Shown piece by piece: positions 1 to 10,594 of a stretch of DNA of 64,000 nt. The translations under genes were made by a program, and so were the position numbers. The notes beneath the pieces are model-generated. The model saw only the letters and a program-made list of their open reading frames with translations. It did not search any database and was not told the DNA's origin. The stretch comes from a virus (taxonomy: Duplodnaviria; Heunggongvirae; Uroviricota; Caudoviricetes), in the IMG/VR virus record IMGVR_UViG_2029527006_000005; one strand, 5' to 3'. Every line of letters starts with the position of its first letter. The stretch's first letter is position 1.

Positions 1-365
1 ATGAAATTATCAAGGATAAATCCTTTAGTGAGGAATAGCATATACTTATTATCATCTTTTGTCAAGTAAGTATTGCGACGATTTTCTACATTTCGTTGAG
101 CAGTATCTTCTTCCGTATTTCTACAAACACGTTCGTTATATTCCTGATGGGTATACATTGGCATTCCCATTACCCAAGACGATTCTGTACTAATTGTTAC
201 AATAAAAAGATTGCACTTATCCGAGTGGAAGCAATCATGCATAGACTTACTACACAAAAACAAGCATTGTATCACATCACGAAAATTAAACATAATATCG
301 TGAATCTCAAAGGCATCTTGAGTGATAATATCTTGTACGGGACCACTCTCTTTTATTCCGATCAT
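1..365 (-). CDS. Hypothetical protein, runs off window edge (MIGIKESGPVQDIITQDAFEIH...)
   Basis: Read manually: AGGAG RBS, ATG at 365, open frame to base 1; not in ORF track. Confidence 0.7.
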   Translation of the reverse strand, partial: MIGIKESGPVQDIITQDAFEIHDIMFNFRDVIQCLFLCSKSMHDCFHSDKCNLFIVTISTESSWVMGMPMYTHQEYNERVCRNTEEDTAQRNVENRRNTYLTKDDNKYMLFLTKGFILDNF

Positions 366-416
366 AGTTCACTCCTTGAACCTATTCACGAGTACAATCC
401 ATGTACTCTCAATATA

Positions 417-902
417 TCATTTAGCTTCTAGCTTATACGCCTCAACCGCTTCAGATACATTCTCGATAGCTTGATCGATAAATTCTTTACTAACTAAACG
501 CGGGGAGGTCTTCATTTCTTTTAGAAGCTCTAGGTATTTAGTCATTAATTCTGGGATGATTCCAAAGTCGAAATCATGCACAGTGCTGTACTGAAATAGT
601 TCACCACCATCGACATACAAGCGATTGTACGAGGTTTTAAACCCACTTTCGAGTACTGTTAGGGTCAAATCCAAACCACGCTCATACGAGCCTACAGACA
701 CGATAGCAGGGTTGATAGCAATACTAGCATTCTTTGCATTATCACTATAAACTAAACGTAAAGTTCCAGCACCAATAATAACAGTTAGGTCATCTGTATT
801 AAGGGTAGTAATATCCCCAGAAACAGAAACTTTATTATTTAGACGGTCTTTAGTACTGAAAGATTTAGATAGCCGTGCAAATGCATCTTCAAGTTTATTC
901 AT
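417..902 (-). CDS. Hypothetical protein, FQxS-motif paralog family
   Basis: ELFQYSTV motif; abuts neighbour. Confidence 0.8.
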   Translation of the reverse strand: MNKLEDAFARLSKSFSTKDRLNNKVSVSGDITTLNTDDLTVIIGAGTLRLVYSDNAKNASIAINPAIVSVGSYERGLDLTLTVLESGFKTSYNRLYVDGGELFQYSTVHDFDFGIIPELMTKYLELLKEMKTSPRLVSKEFIDQAIENVSEAVEAYKLEAK

Positions 903-1342
903 TATTCGTAATCCTTTAGTAGTTCTACTAGTTTAACAATACTATCATCACTGCAAGTGTACGATAGGTTTAGAAGGGTGTACTGGAAGAAATCAATTTC
1001 ATTAATTCCACCATACGGTACTGGTTGGGCTTTACCTTGTTTGTCTGCCATGTAAACATCTTCTGCATCAAAACGCATAGAAAATGTATCACGTTCTTCT
1101 GGGTTCAAATACACAATAAAACGACCCAAGGATTTAGCAAGTTTTTCAATCCTGATGCTATTAGAACCATAACTGAACTCAGCATCACCGCGATCATTCT
1201 GGAAATGATAGAAGTTGATACCACCAATATTAGTATAGCCCTCTGTGTATAGAAGGTCTTTGTGGTGATACATAACTTGAATCAGTTCATCAAGCGTAGT
1301 CGTCCGAGTCTTATTTTTGGTTAGCGAAAATAAATGAATCAT
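902..1342 (-). CDS. Hypothetical protein, FQxS family
   Basis: EIDFFQYTLL. Confidence 0.8.
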   Translation of the reverse strand: MIHLFSLTKNKTRTTTLDELIQVMYHHKDLLYTEGYTNIGGINFYHFQNDRGDAEFSYGSNSIRIEKLAKSLGRFIVYLNPEERDTFSMRFDAEDVYMADKQGKAQPVPYGGINEIDFFQYTLLNLSYTCSDDSIVKLVELLKDYE

Positions 1343-1772
1343 AAATTCCTCTGCACATGGATAACGTTTTAATCATTGTATCATAGTCGAACTTGACTTG
1401 CAACCCCCAACCACCCACACAATTTTGAGTGAAGAAAACACCCTCCATCTCGTCAAGTGTGAACGCTTCATCAAACAAATTAGTCTGATATAATTCGGTC
1501 TTTGGATTGTATACCATCAAGAATTCAGTACTGTAACGTATTACTAATTTCTTTGGACTAATCATAATCCTGCATAAATCTTGCAAGTACTCAGTGCGAA
1601 TATGTAAGTTAATGTGATTCTTATGACCAGCACAACGAACATCCATCGCGTATCCATCACCGATAACAAAACCATTTCTGGGGGTAAATTCTTTACCCGC
1701 ACTCATTGACAGGCAATCCTGTACAATATAATTGATTGTATCCAAGTTGTCAAGTATATCTACTTTACGCAT
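1311..1772 (-). CDS. Hypothetical protein, FQxS family (divergent)
   Basis: EGVFFTQNCV; start moved to ATG after AGGAG. Confidence 0.75.
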   Translation of the reverse strand: MRKVDILDNLDTINYIVQDCLSMSAGKEFTPRNGFVIGDGYAMDVRCAGHKNHINLHIRTEYLQDLCRIMISPKKLVIRYSTEFLMVYNPKTELYQTNLFDEAFTLDEMEGVFFTQNCVGGWGLQVKFDYDTMIKTLSMCRGIYDSFIFANQK

Positions 1773-1782
1773 ATCTTCTCCT

Positions 1783-2352
1783 TTAAATCCCAACCTTATG
1801 TATCAATGTACGACGAATTTTACGAACATACTGAGTCTTAAATGAAAACGGGATATAAAGATGATAACCCTCTAATTCCGGGCAAGGTGCTGTAAGAATC
1901 TCTTCATAGGCTCTTTTAATTATATTGTACTCTGGTAGTTCTGGGTGGATCAACGATAACTGAAAATGCTCATCTTCAGTACATAACCCTTCCTTAAAGA
2001 ATGTGTCAACATAATCATCAGTATCCAATAAATCTGAATTTTCAGAATTAACAAAAGAATAACCAAAAAATTCATCATCTTTGTTGTAGGCAACACTGCA
2101 ACCTGTATTACAAAATAATGAAATGCCAGTATCTTTGGATAAATGGAATACATGTTCGGAACCGTAACCATCAATGTATGTTCTTATATATATTTTATCT
2201 TTATCAGTCCATACAAATTCTAGTTCATTACCATCGTCCATGCGAGTGTTTTGTTGATAACTATAAGCTACTTTTTGTTTCCTGAAATTCAAACAACGAA
2301 TAGCTAGATCTCTACATAACTCGAAATGCTCTTTAAGTTCTTCATAGTTCAT
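1783..2352 (-). CDS. Hypothetical protein, FQxS family
   Basis: EDEHFQLSLI. Confidence 0.8.
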   Translation of the reverse strand: MNYEELKEHFELCRDLAIRCLNFRKQKVAYSYQQNTRMDDGNELEFVWTDKDKIYIRTYIDGYGSEHVFHLSKDTGISLFCNTGCSVAYNKDDEFFGYSFVNSENSDLLDTDDYVDTFFKEGLCTEDEHFQLSLIHPELPEYNIIKRAYEEILTAPCPELEGYHLYIPFSFKTQYVRKIRRTLIHKVGI

Positions 2353-2355
2353 TGG

Positions 2356-2973
2356 TTAAAATTCCTCAAAGTACAAACAAATGTCATCATAGATAGTGTT
2401 AAGAAGTTCAGTACTAACTTCTGGACAAAGATCCATATAGAAACACATACCTTTCATTTCAGTACAATCCATAGTTAGTGCTTCCATATAACGTGGAAGG
2501 TCTTCGTACTTCAATACCATATCATCACGAATAAGTGATTGTTGAAAGTACTCTTCCTCGCTGATATTAATTACACCACCATCTAGCTTAGAATCCAAGT
2601 ACTCATCTTCGTGATCATTCCCACTATCAAAGAATGTATACTCTTCATTACGTTCATCACCTTCCATGAAGTTACGGCCCCATCCACGATGTGTACGGAG
2701 ATTGATAATATACAAGTGCTCATGATTTCCAATTTCGCAAATCTCGTAACGTTCTTCGTGATCATCCATATCAAATGATACACGAACTAATGCATGTTCG
2801 TCTGCGTACTTAAACCCATACACCCTGCATAAGTATTGTGGCATGTACTTTTCATAAGAGAATACTTTTGGTTTATTCTTATTAAGCAAAGCACCCAATT
2901 CTAGCATAAGTTTGTAACGATAGATATCTTCATCTACTTTGTCTTTAAAGGTTGAACGCATCATAAAAGTCAT
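2356..2973 (-). CDS. Hypothetical protein, FQxS family
   Basis: EEEYFQQSLI; start moved to ATG after GAGGA. Confidence 0.8.
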   Translation of the reverse strand: MTFMMRSTFKDKVDEDIYRYKLMLELGALLNKNKPKVFSYEKYMPQYLCRVYGFKYADEHALVRVSFDMDDHEERYEICEIGNHEHLYIINLRTHRGWGRNFMEGDERNEEYTFFDSGNDHEDEYLDSKLDGGVINISEEEYFQQSLIRDDMVLKYEDLPRYMEALTMDCTEMKGMCFYMDLCPEVSTELLNTIYDDICLYFEEF

Positions 2974-3352
2974 TGACAATATCCTCTGCCTCATCTTGGT
3001 TCATTGGTTCTACTGAAAGTATTTCGATACGTTCAGGTTCCCAGATCATATAAGAATTACATGTATCTGGTTCGAAAAGATTTTTGTACTCAACTGAATT
3101 ATATCCGTCACGAGTACAGGAATTGATTGTATCACGCCATGCTTGACAGTCACCCATGTCATCCATAGCCACTACACGACCTAGATCTACTTCTAAGCGG
3201 TGCACATAGATCTCTAGCTCACCACTACCACAGTAGTTGCGAACCTTGCGTAAGGCCGCCTCAAGAGCACTGTGAATACCTCCCATATGAATCCCACCAT
3301 ATGGAACGTAAAAATCTTTAATTTTAACTGTACTTGCGTGATACAAAATCAT
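2945..3352 (-). CDS. Possible ADP-ribosyltransferase-like small protein
   Basis: N-terminal LYHAS...GIHMG resembles ART strands 1 and 2; lacks FQxS motif. Confidence 0.4.
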   Translation of the reverse strand: MILYHASTVKIKDFYVPYGGIHMGGIHSALEAALRKVRNYCGSGELEIYVHRLEVDLGRVVAMDDMGDCQAWRDTINSCTRDGYNSVEYKNLFEPDTCNSYMIWEPERIEILSVEPMNQDEAEDIVNDFYDAFNL

Positions 3353-3353
3353 T

Positions 3354-3944
3354 TTAATATCCCCATAGTAATTCGTCTAAGCATTTATATGACGGATAGT
3401 AACACATCTGGGGTTCGATTGTCAAGCTATCATTATCATAAAGAGGAAGATTTCTCATACGATTCATGATCTCATTTAATTCTTCAGCAGTGTAAGTGTC
3501 CATGATAGTACTGTGCATGAATAACTCACTCTCTGCTTCAGCATCCAATTGGCTGTCACGACAGTACCAACCAATCTCGTATTCTTTCTCTTCTAGACCA
3601 TATACCCGTACTGGACATGTATCACAACAAGTAGCATTAGAATAAATCTCTATCATGTTCACGGATAATCTGTTAGTTGGGTGTCTGGTAAAACATTGTC
3701 CTAGAGAAAGAATACCATTACGGTAGGAGTACTTATTTTCTTGATAAGAAATACTCATATAGTCAGGCCAGAAGTCTGCTGTTACTGGACCTTTTTGCTG
3801 TGCATGAATATTGAGATTAATACCATCACACGTCTTCTGAAAGTTATGGTAACGCTGAATTAAAGCAAATAAAGAGAAGTACACTTTATCATTTAACATC
3901 ATATCCATAACGGTTTTTAATTTTTGATCTCCAATCATTACCAC
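3354..3944 (-). CDS. Hypothetical protein, FQxS family
   Basis: ESELFMHSTI. Confidence 0.8.
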   Translation of the reverse strand: MVMIGDQKLKTVMDMMLNDKVYFSLFALIQRYHNFQKTCDGINLNIHAQQKGPVTADFWPDYMSISYQENKYSYRNGILSLGQCFTRHPTNRLSVNMIEIYSNATCCDTCPVRVYGLEEKEYEIGWYCRDSQLDAEAESELFMHSTIMDTYTAEELNEIMNRMRNLPLYDNDSLTIEPQMCYYPSYKCLDELLWGY

Positions 3945-4557
3945 ACCTTTCTGCCATTAATTCAATAAGTGCTTTACGTGCTGGAACAAAACGCAACACG
4001 TCTGTTGTACCTAATGCAAGAATTGATTCAGTACTGATATCATCCTTGAACATTTTTAAATGATCATGTACGAAGTGTACTAGATATGCACCATCAATTC
4101 TTTTTTGATCCCCTACCAGTAAAGCCTGAAACTCTGCTTCACGCATCGAATCATTGTCTATCCCCTCAAGAATCATATTATACACTATCGCAAAATCATT
4201 GTCAAAGTTGCGATATAAATTATCAATACAATCCATATGGGATAGTACAAATCTGTACTTTGAATTGTTAGGGGAAGTGAAGTTCTTAATATGATTCTTA
4301 CTACTTGTAATAGTAATTAATCTATCATAACCTTCATCGTATGTAATAGCATTGTGTAAATTTACTTCAGGCCATCCAAAGCTAAAACGGTATGACCGAA
4401 TCTTTTCACCTTTCTCGTGAGGGATATAATGCTGACCACCAATACCACTTCTGTACTTTGCTAAATCTGGGTAATTATCATTGTAGAGTTTAAACATGTA
4501 CATAATATCTAAAATGTACCCAGATAGCTTTTTCATCTTTTCGTATGAAGTCTTCAT
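3889..4557 (-). CDS. Hypothetical protein, FQxS family
   Basis: EAEFQALLV; ATGA overlap with upstream stop. Confidence 0.75.
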   Translation of the reverse strand: MKTSYEKMKKLSGYILDIMYMFKLYNDNYPDLAKYRSGIGGQHYIPHEKGEKIRSYRFSFGWPEVNLHNAITYDEGYDRLITITSSKNHIKNFTSPNNSKYRFVLSHMDCIDNLYRNFDNDFAIVYNMILEGIDNDSMREAEFQALLVGDQKRIDGAYLVHFVHDHLKMFKDDISTESILALGTTDVLRFVPARKALIELMAERCGNDWRSKIKNRYGYDVK

Positions 4558-5132
4558 GCTAAATTTAATAACCCCCATACCTTTTGAGTACAATAATCTT
4601 TGAGTTTAATGTCGTTAAGTTCCTCTTTATTCTCGGCAATTGAAATGGCATAATCAGGTGGACAGAACTCACTAAAGTGATGATAATGTTCCCTCATCAT
4701 TACATAATCCGAATAATCAGGAACCGAAGCCAAAGTACTCAACTGAAATATTTCCTCTTCAGTAATATCAATTGGTACTTGAGATAGTTCTACTGTACTA
4801 TTTCCAATCACAATATCAGTACTGGAAGAATTCATATACATATTCATACGTTTTGAAATCGTATCACCAAAACCACTAAACATCAACCTAGATTCTTTTG
4901 GCATAAGCATATTTGGTGAAGGAGAGACATTGAATATTTTAATTCTAAAGATTGATATATTATCACGGTGTTTAACATCAAATGTAGTTTCATACTCATC
5001 TTTGTATAAACACATCTTCAACAATCCCATACAACCATCATAGCTCATCATTAAGTCTACATAGAAAGAAGGTACATTATTATTGAAATGTATTACTGCT
5101 TTTAATAAGTTTGTGTAATCTTTGAAATCCAT
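4554..5132 (-). CDS. Hypothetical protein, FQxS family
   Basis: EEEIFQLSTL. Confidence 0.8.
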   Translation of the reverse strand: MDFKDYTNLLKAVIHFNNNVPSFYVDLMMSYDGCMGLLKMCLYKDEYETTFDVKHRDNISIFRIKIFNVSPSPNMLMPKESRLMFSGFGDTISKRMNMYMNSSSTDIVIGNSTVELSQVPIDITEEEIFQLSTLASVPDYSDYVMMREHYHHFSEFCPPDYAISIAENKEELNDIKLKDYCTQKVWGLLNLA

Positions 5133-5614
5133 GCCATGCCCTCATCTAGAATTGAATCAATAATCTCAAAGTTTTCATCACTCATGCGGTTGACCATAAT
5201 AGTATTAATATCTGGGTTTAAATTCTTTAGTACTGCTAGAATAGTTAACGCACGTGCATCCGGTACAATCAAATCCGATAGGAAGAAAAGTTCTTCCTCG
5301 TTATTACCATCCCATTCTGGAACTAATACTGTCTTATTATCAACTAGCAATTCATTACCTTGACACCTACGCCAGAACATAAGAATACCATTTACAGTCG
5401 TATCCATTCTATTTTCTAGTACTGGATTCGGATGATTGAAAGTTCCAATTCCAAATACTGGAAGATTGTAATCATTATTCAGGATTTGAAATCCAGAACC
5501 AGCAGTACTATAATTCGTATTGAACTCGAATTTACCTTTAGTAATACGGTTACCAATACAAGAGTAAGGTTGTAATGCGTCAACTTTTTTACAGAAGTTT
5601 AAAATATCAGTCAT
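5102..5614 (-). CDS. Hypothetical protein, FQxS family
   Basis: EEELFFLSDL. Confidence 0.8.
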   Translation of the reverse strand: MTDILNFCKKVDALQPYSCIGNRITKGKFEFNTNYSTAGSGFQILNNDYNLPVFGIGTFNHPNPVLENRMDTTVNGILMFWRRCQGNELLVDNKTVLVPEWDGNNEEELFFLSDLIVPDARALTILAVLKNLNPDINTIMVNRMSDENFEIIDSILDEGMAWISKITQTY

Positions 5615-6125
5615 GGAATGTATCTCTCAATTTAGTAAGTTCTTCAATAATAGTATCAACACAGAATGTATGATTAGAGTACGAAAGAACACTAATTCCA
5701 TTCGGGTTGTTGTACTTATAATGAGACATAATCGCAATCTCATCAATTGCGGTGTTATCATAAATTGTACTCAACTGGAAGATCTCACCTTCACCCTCAC
5801 CAGTTTCAATGTTAACCGGGAATAAATTGATAGAAACACTATCCTTACCACCAATATAATCCATGTGTTTACATTCACTAAGACGAATAGAACTCGCTTG
5901 GTGTTCAGAACCATAACATATAGGAGCCACTTTAGACTCCCTTGTTGAAATGTGATAAAGAGTTGTAATGTTCAAAACAGTATAAAGACTAATACCCATA
6001 TCATCATTGTGGAAAGTAATACCAACATTATCATACAGTGTTTTACAGAAGTTCTTCCCCTCAAATGCATAAAGAGGTAATAGTTCTTCCAAGAGTTTTA
6101 GTACTTTATAATGTTTCTGATACAT
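5607..6125 (-). CDS. Hypothetical protein, FQxS family
   Basis: EGEIFQLSTI. Confidence 0.8.
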   Translation of the reverse strand: MYQKHYKVLKLLEELLPLYAFEGKNFCKTLYDNVGITFHNDDMGISLYTVLNITTLYHISTRESKVAPICYGSEHQASSIRLSECKHMDYIGGKDSVSINLFPVNIETGEGEGEIFQLSTIYDNTAIDEIAIMSHYKYNNPNGISVLSYSNHTFCVDTIIEELTKLRDTFHD

Positions 6126-6769
6126 TAGATATCCTCTTTTAAATTCTGTACAAAAGTAACAATCTTACTTTCTACTTCATCAATGATTGAATCATCAACA
6201 ACAGTAGGAAGGTTTATGTACTGATCATATTTCTTTTCATTCTTCGCTACGTAACCGTCAAACATGTTATCAACGATATTAAGTAAACTGAAGATACAGT
6301 ACAACCCAAATGAATGACCATCAAAGGCAGTAACAGTACTGTGTTGGAATTCCAACTCTTCCATCTCATCACGTACAATCAAAGAACCACCAGCTTCTAC
6401 TGGAAGCGACTCAAGCTCAATAGCTTCGTGTGCATTCTTTTCAGTGAAACGTAATGTAGTCTTTTTACCTGATAGTACTAAAGATTTACCAGTTAAGTAA
6501 TTTTCAGGACTGTAGTAACCGTTATTTTCAGCTAGATGCGTTTTGAGAATAGTATTACCATTATGTGTCTCATTGTTCATAATCATAACAATGAACTCAT
6601 TACTCCCACGTGTATAGAATAAACGCAAGGAATGTGTATCATTAACATCACCCAAATCCCACATCATTCTGTGCTTGATTTCAGTACTGTCAGATTGATC
6701 TAAAAGTACAGTCGCTTGTTGAATGTACTTAATCATACGGTAGTGCTTTAACATGCTATTGTGATTCAT
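6125..6769 (-). CDS. Hypothetical protein, FQxS family
   Basis: EELEFQHSTV. Confidence 0.8.
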   Translation of the reverse strand: MNHNSMLKHYRMIKYIQQATVLLDQSDSTEIKHRMMWDLGDVNDTHSLRLFYTRGSNEFIVMIMNNETHNGNTILKTHLAENNGYYSPENYLTGKSLVLSGKKTTLRFTEKNAHEAIELESLPVEAGGSLIVRDEMEELEFQHSTVTAFDGHSFGLYCIFSLLNIVDNMFDGYVAKNEKKYDQYINLPTVVDDSIIDEVESKIVTFVQNLKEDI

Positions 6770-7362
6770 TATAGTATCCTGTATCTTCTGAATAATGGCC
6801 TACTTGTAAAATAATTATACAGATAATCATTCTCCAAGTCAACCCCTCTGTGGAAATTATATACCACAAAATCGATGTTCTTCAGCCGCAATGCTTGAAA
6901 GTCAATGACGTTGTACATCATATCACGCATAAATTTGTTGTCCACTGTGAAGTCCACTGCTACTTTGCGTTCAGCCGCATCACACGTTTGATCATACGGA
7001 ATATATTCTTCTAGTACATCTCCACTATCTAAGTAACCACTACGCATAGTCAAGCACTGATCACTGAGTGAAGTTAATATAACACTATCAGTGTACATAT
7101 AATAGTTCACGTGAGTATGGCTTGTTATTAACCCTTCGGATGCATAGAATGTTATCACGTCATTGTTTAGTGAAGCTACATTCTTCTTCTCAAGTACAAG
7201 TTTCTTTACTGACTTATTATTACCTAAATCTTCAGTATCAACCCTTAAAGCAAACTCACCCAAGTCAATAAGATCTTTGCGATGGATTAGTCTTTCCCAT
7301 TCTATGTCAAGCATTGAACTGAACTTAATAAGCTCTCTATATATCGTGTCAAGTGTGTTCAT
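6769..7362 (-). CDS. Hypothetical protein
   Basis: Start MNTLD after GGGGG RBS; FQxS motif not obvious. Confidence 0.75.
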   Translation of the reverse strand: MNTLDTIYRELIKFSSMLDIEWERLIHRKDLIDLGEFALRVDTEDLGNNKSVKKLVLEKKNVASLNNDVITFYASEGLITSHTHVNYYMYTDSVILTSLSDQCLTMRSGYLDSGDVLEEYIPYDQTCDAAERKVAVDFTVDNKFMRDMMYNVIDFQALRLKNIDFVVYNFHRGVDLENDYLYNYFTSRPLFRRYRIL

Positions 7363-7374
7363 AAGACCCCCATA

Positions 7375-7414
7375 AAAGAAAAGGCAGTGTATCACGATAC
7401 ACCGCCTGTGTCAA
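7375..7414 (-). promoter_or_regulatory. Sigma70 promoter overlapping a terminator-like hairpin
   Basis: TTGACA-17-TACACT with AGGCGGTGTATC/GATACACTGCCT stem and T tract. Confidence 0.6.
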
Positions 7415-7416
7415 CA

Positions 7417-7971
7417 TCAACATGCCGCTTCTGCTTCAAAAATATCAATCATAGCTTGAACCGCTTCAGTACTGAAGGATAACAAGCGAGTCGCATTTAG
7501 TGCAAAATAATAATCGTTATTCATTGTGTTATGATAACAGTACTCAATGTATGAAGCAAATAGTTCTATTTCATTATCTACAACCATACGCTGGAATAGT
7601 TCATCATCAGTACCATTGACAATTATTTCAATTTCAGCACACTCTGGATTGTTATCAAAATTGATAATCTTACGCTCTAAGCAAGTCTCTAAACTATGCA
7701 TAGTTAGAAGTATATCACCTAGATTGGTTTTTTGTATATGCATAGTACCTTCAGAACTTCTGTCCAAATAAGTATGACACGCAACTAAGAACCAATCATC
7801 TATTGTACTTTTAAGTACTGAACTATGATGTTCGCGATTAATAACATCAGTCCCAACAAAAACAGTCATCTTTGCTAAATCAGTAATATTTCTGCACATG
7901 TGCCGTTTATTGTCATGTATATCCATGATGCAATCAATAAGTTTCTTTATTAGATCGAATTTGGCAAACAT
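7417..7971 (-). CDS. Hypothetical protein, FQxS family
   Basis: DDELFQRMVV. Confidence 0.8.
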   Translation of the reverse strand: MFAKFDLIKKLIDCIMDIHDNKRHMCRNITDLAKMTVFVGTDVINREHHSSVLKSTIDDWFLVACHTYLDRSSEGTMHIQKTNLGDILLTMHSLETCLERKIINFDNNPECAEIEIIVNGTDDELFQRMVVDNEIELFASYIEYCYHNTMNNDYYFALNATRLLSFSTEAVQAMIDIFEAEAAC

Positions 7972-8564
7972 TTCTTTTTCATCTCCTGAAGTTCAGAATG
8001 AGCATCATAGATTTTCTGTACTGAATTAGCAAAACAAATATAAACCTTAGTGTGGTTTTCTTCACAGAGAGTATCTTTCAACATGAAGTTCAATACCATA
8101 GCATTGATTTCATCAGTACTATATACTAGACCCTTCTGGAATAATTCACCCCGTAACTCTTCTTCATTATTAACATGTATTAGAGTAGGAAGATATACCT
8201 CATCACCTTGTATATCCCGCCAGAACCAATTACGATCATTCACTACTAAGATTTCACCACTACCTTCTCGAATGCACATACGCTTCTTGTCTGACTGATA
8301 GCGAGTACTGTATGGTCTGTTGTCATCCATAGGATCAGTATTAGCTGCTACAATAAATGAATTATAATAGTTCACATCTTCAGAATTCAACTGCAATGCA
8401 ATACTATTTTGTATCTTCAGGATTTTGTACTTTGAACTCTCATATAGTACTGCATCCATCTGGGTTACATCATCTAATACCATGTAATCAGCTATGTCAC
8501 GAATCAATAAACAAACTTCTTGTACTGCTAACCACTCCAAATAACTACAATCTGCTAAATTCAT
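7950..8564 (-). CDS. Hypothetical protein, FQxS family
   Basis: GELFQKGLV; start MNLADC after GGAG RBS. Confidence 0.8.
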   Translation of the reverse strand: MNLADCSYLEWLAVQEVCLLIRDIADYMVLDDVTQMDAVLYESSKYKILKIQNSIALQLNSEDVNYYNSFIVAANTDPMDDNRPYSTRYQSDKKRMCIREGSGEILVVNDRNWFWRDIQGDEVYLPTLIHVNNEEELRGELFQKGLVYSTDEINAMVLNFMLKDTLCEENHTKVYICFANSVQKIYDAHSELQEMKKKCLPNSI

Positions 8565-8693
8565 CTTAATCTCCAACTTAAACGCAATCTCATAGCACCG
8601 TCGCCCGGTCGCCCCCCGATTACACTTTATTTGCACTTTGTGAAGCGAAAATTTTTTTACGCCCCGGCACGCATATCCTCCGGGGGGTAACAT

Positions 8694-9329
8694 TTATTTA
8701 TGCTTTGTAATTTCCATCATTTCGGCTAATTTCTTGTTCACATTCATAATAGCTGTATCTAAACGTTTAATCTGTAACAAACTCTGTCCGTAATAAATCA
8801 TTTCACCTAACTTGTACTCCGCATCACGTAAACCCATCCACGTAGCAGCACCATCCGTCAAACGACTATCAATACACATCTGTGTCTGGAATAATGTCTC
8901 ATCTGGTAGCTCCATAATATCTAAACCATCAGGCAATTGTACTGCACTGTTCTCGTACTTAACTTGTGCAAACAAAGGGGTATTACGCATTACGTACTGA
9001 ATGTAATTACTATCTTCTGTACTTTTAATAACTGAATGTGTTGGAATTGGCTTCAATGGGATAATGGGCATGTTACGATTTAAACTAACGTACATTGAAT
9101 TACCTTTACCAACAGATAAATCTATTTCGTCTGATTTTCCCGTTCCTGCACTAAAAAAATACTTCTCTTCTTCAAACAATGCCTGTACTTCATTGTAGGT
9201 CACTCCACGTGCTCTGTGCTCACGAATCAACCACAACCCAGCAGCAATGTGCGGTAAATATTCATTACCGATTATGTACTGATCACGGAACTTCTTACCC
9301 TCTTTACTCACTTTTAATTTTAATGACAT
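8694..9329 (-). CDS. Hypothetical protein, FQxS family
   Basis: DETLFQTQM. Confidence 0.8.
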   Translation of the reverse strand: MSLKLKVSKEGKKFRDQYIIGNEYLPHIAAGLWLIREHRARGVTYNEVQALFEEEKYFFSAGTGKSDEIDLSVGKGNSMYVSLNRNMPIIPLKPIPTHSVIKSTEDSNYIQYVMRNTPLFAQVKYENSAVQLPDGLDIMELPDETLFQTQMCIDSRLTDGAATWMGLRDAEYKLGEMIYYGQSLLQIKRLDTAIMNVNKKLAEMMEITKHK

Positions 9330-9996
9330 ATTCTTCTAATGCCTCAATAATTTCATCGTAAGGAATCACTATAACATTATCCACCGCGATTGTCAATACT
9401 CCCGTAAGGATATCACACGTATTAACTAAATCATCGCCCTTCTCAAAGGTACGCTTGATTTGATCAATACCCATCGAAAAATCACTCAACACCTTATCAG
9501 CATCTAATGCCATATCAGGCTCGCAACTCACATTGTGCTGGAATAACTCGCATTCTAACGCATCGTAACCATCCTCAAAGGGATTCTCTAAACTGAATAC
9601 CCTTGGCCTACCCTTCTGTACTACGGCCCCTGCTGACACCATAGCGATATCCTGAAGCGATTTATAGGAACTCTGCCACGATAACCAATGACCATCTGTA
9701 CTGATAATCGGTACTGCATTCTCGAATTTACTATAATGACACGCTCTGAACTCAGCAATGGGTACAAATAACATACCACTCATTGTCGGTACTTCAATCT
9801 GTAATGAAGCAACCCATACATCATTTGTGTGATCAGGGTGGTAATACTTCTTCGGTACTCGTATACGAAAACCTTGCGGTACTGAACCTACTACTTTACG
9901 ATCAATACAACGTGGCATTGCCTCCATTATCTGTACTAACCTTTGTAATTTAATACTGTTCAAAGCCTGTGTATCCATTGTATCCATTGAATCCAT
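9304..9996 (-). CDS. Hypothetical protein, FQxS family
   Basis: ECELFQHNV. Confidence 0.8.
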   Translation of the reverse strand: MDSMDTMDTQALNSIKLQRLVQIMEAMPRCIDRKVVGSVPQGFRIRVPKKYYHPDHTNDVWVASLQIEVPTMSGMLFVPIAEFRACHYSKFENAVPIISTDGHWLSWQSSYKSLQDIAMVSAGAVVQKGRPRVFSLENPFEDGYDALECELFQHNVSCEPDMALDADKVLSDFSMGIDQIKRTFEKGDDLVNTCDILTGVLTIAVDNVIVIPYDEIIEALEEYVIKIKSE

Positions 9997-10594
9997 ACTG
10001 TTCTCTCATCAATTTGATAATGTTCAATACGCCCTCACAATGGTTCAACGGATCTGCACCTAACCACATTTGAATGTTAGGTAACTTCCGTCTACGCCAC
10101 TCGAACGCAAACATCAAAGCATTAATAACTTCAACCTTCTGTACTAAACTCTCTTGGAACAAAAACATCTCCGTATCTGGATCTGTCATGTCCATCATTT
10201 CGTACTCAAAATATATATCACTAATGATACTTTTACGGAATATAATTCTATCACTATCTTTGTTTAATGATATATGACTCGTTACTGTATCATTTAATAA
10301 TACTACGTTTAACTCTATGTTTGTGGTATAATCCCAATTGTACTTTAAAACCGTTTTATTAACACACGCTATATGAAAAAACTGCTTTTTATCTTTATAA
10401 TTATAATTGAAAAAACCACCATCCCTTTCAAAACCTACAACAACATCATTCTCAAAATTCCATGACTGTACATTGAATACTTTTTGTTGTATGTCTTTAT
10501 TCTTCAGGTACTCATTCGTGATACCAATTAATGCCATCGCTTCCTCTAGGTAATCAATGCATTGACGCACCTCTTGTACTGTTAATATGTTCAT
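9950..10594 (-). CDS. Hypothetical protein, FQxS family
   Basis: EMFLFQESLV. Confidence 0.8.
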   Translation of the reverse strand: MNILTVQEVRQCIDYLEEAMALIGITNEYLKNKDIQQKVFNVQSWNFENDVVVGFERDGGFFNYNYKDKKQFFHIACVNKTVLKYNWDYTTNIELNVVLLNDTVTSHISLNKDSDRIIFRKSIISDIYFEYEMMDMTDPDTEMFLFQESLVQKVEVINALMFAFEWRRRKLPNIQMWLGADPLNHCEGVLNIIKLMREQYGFNGYNGYTGFEQY

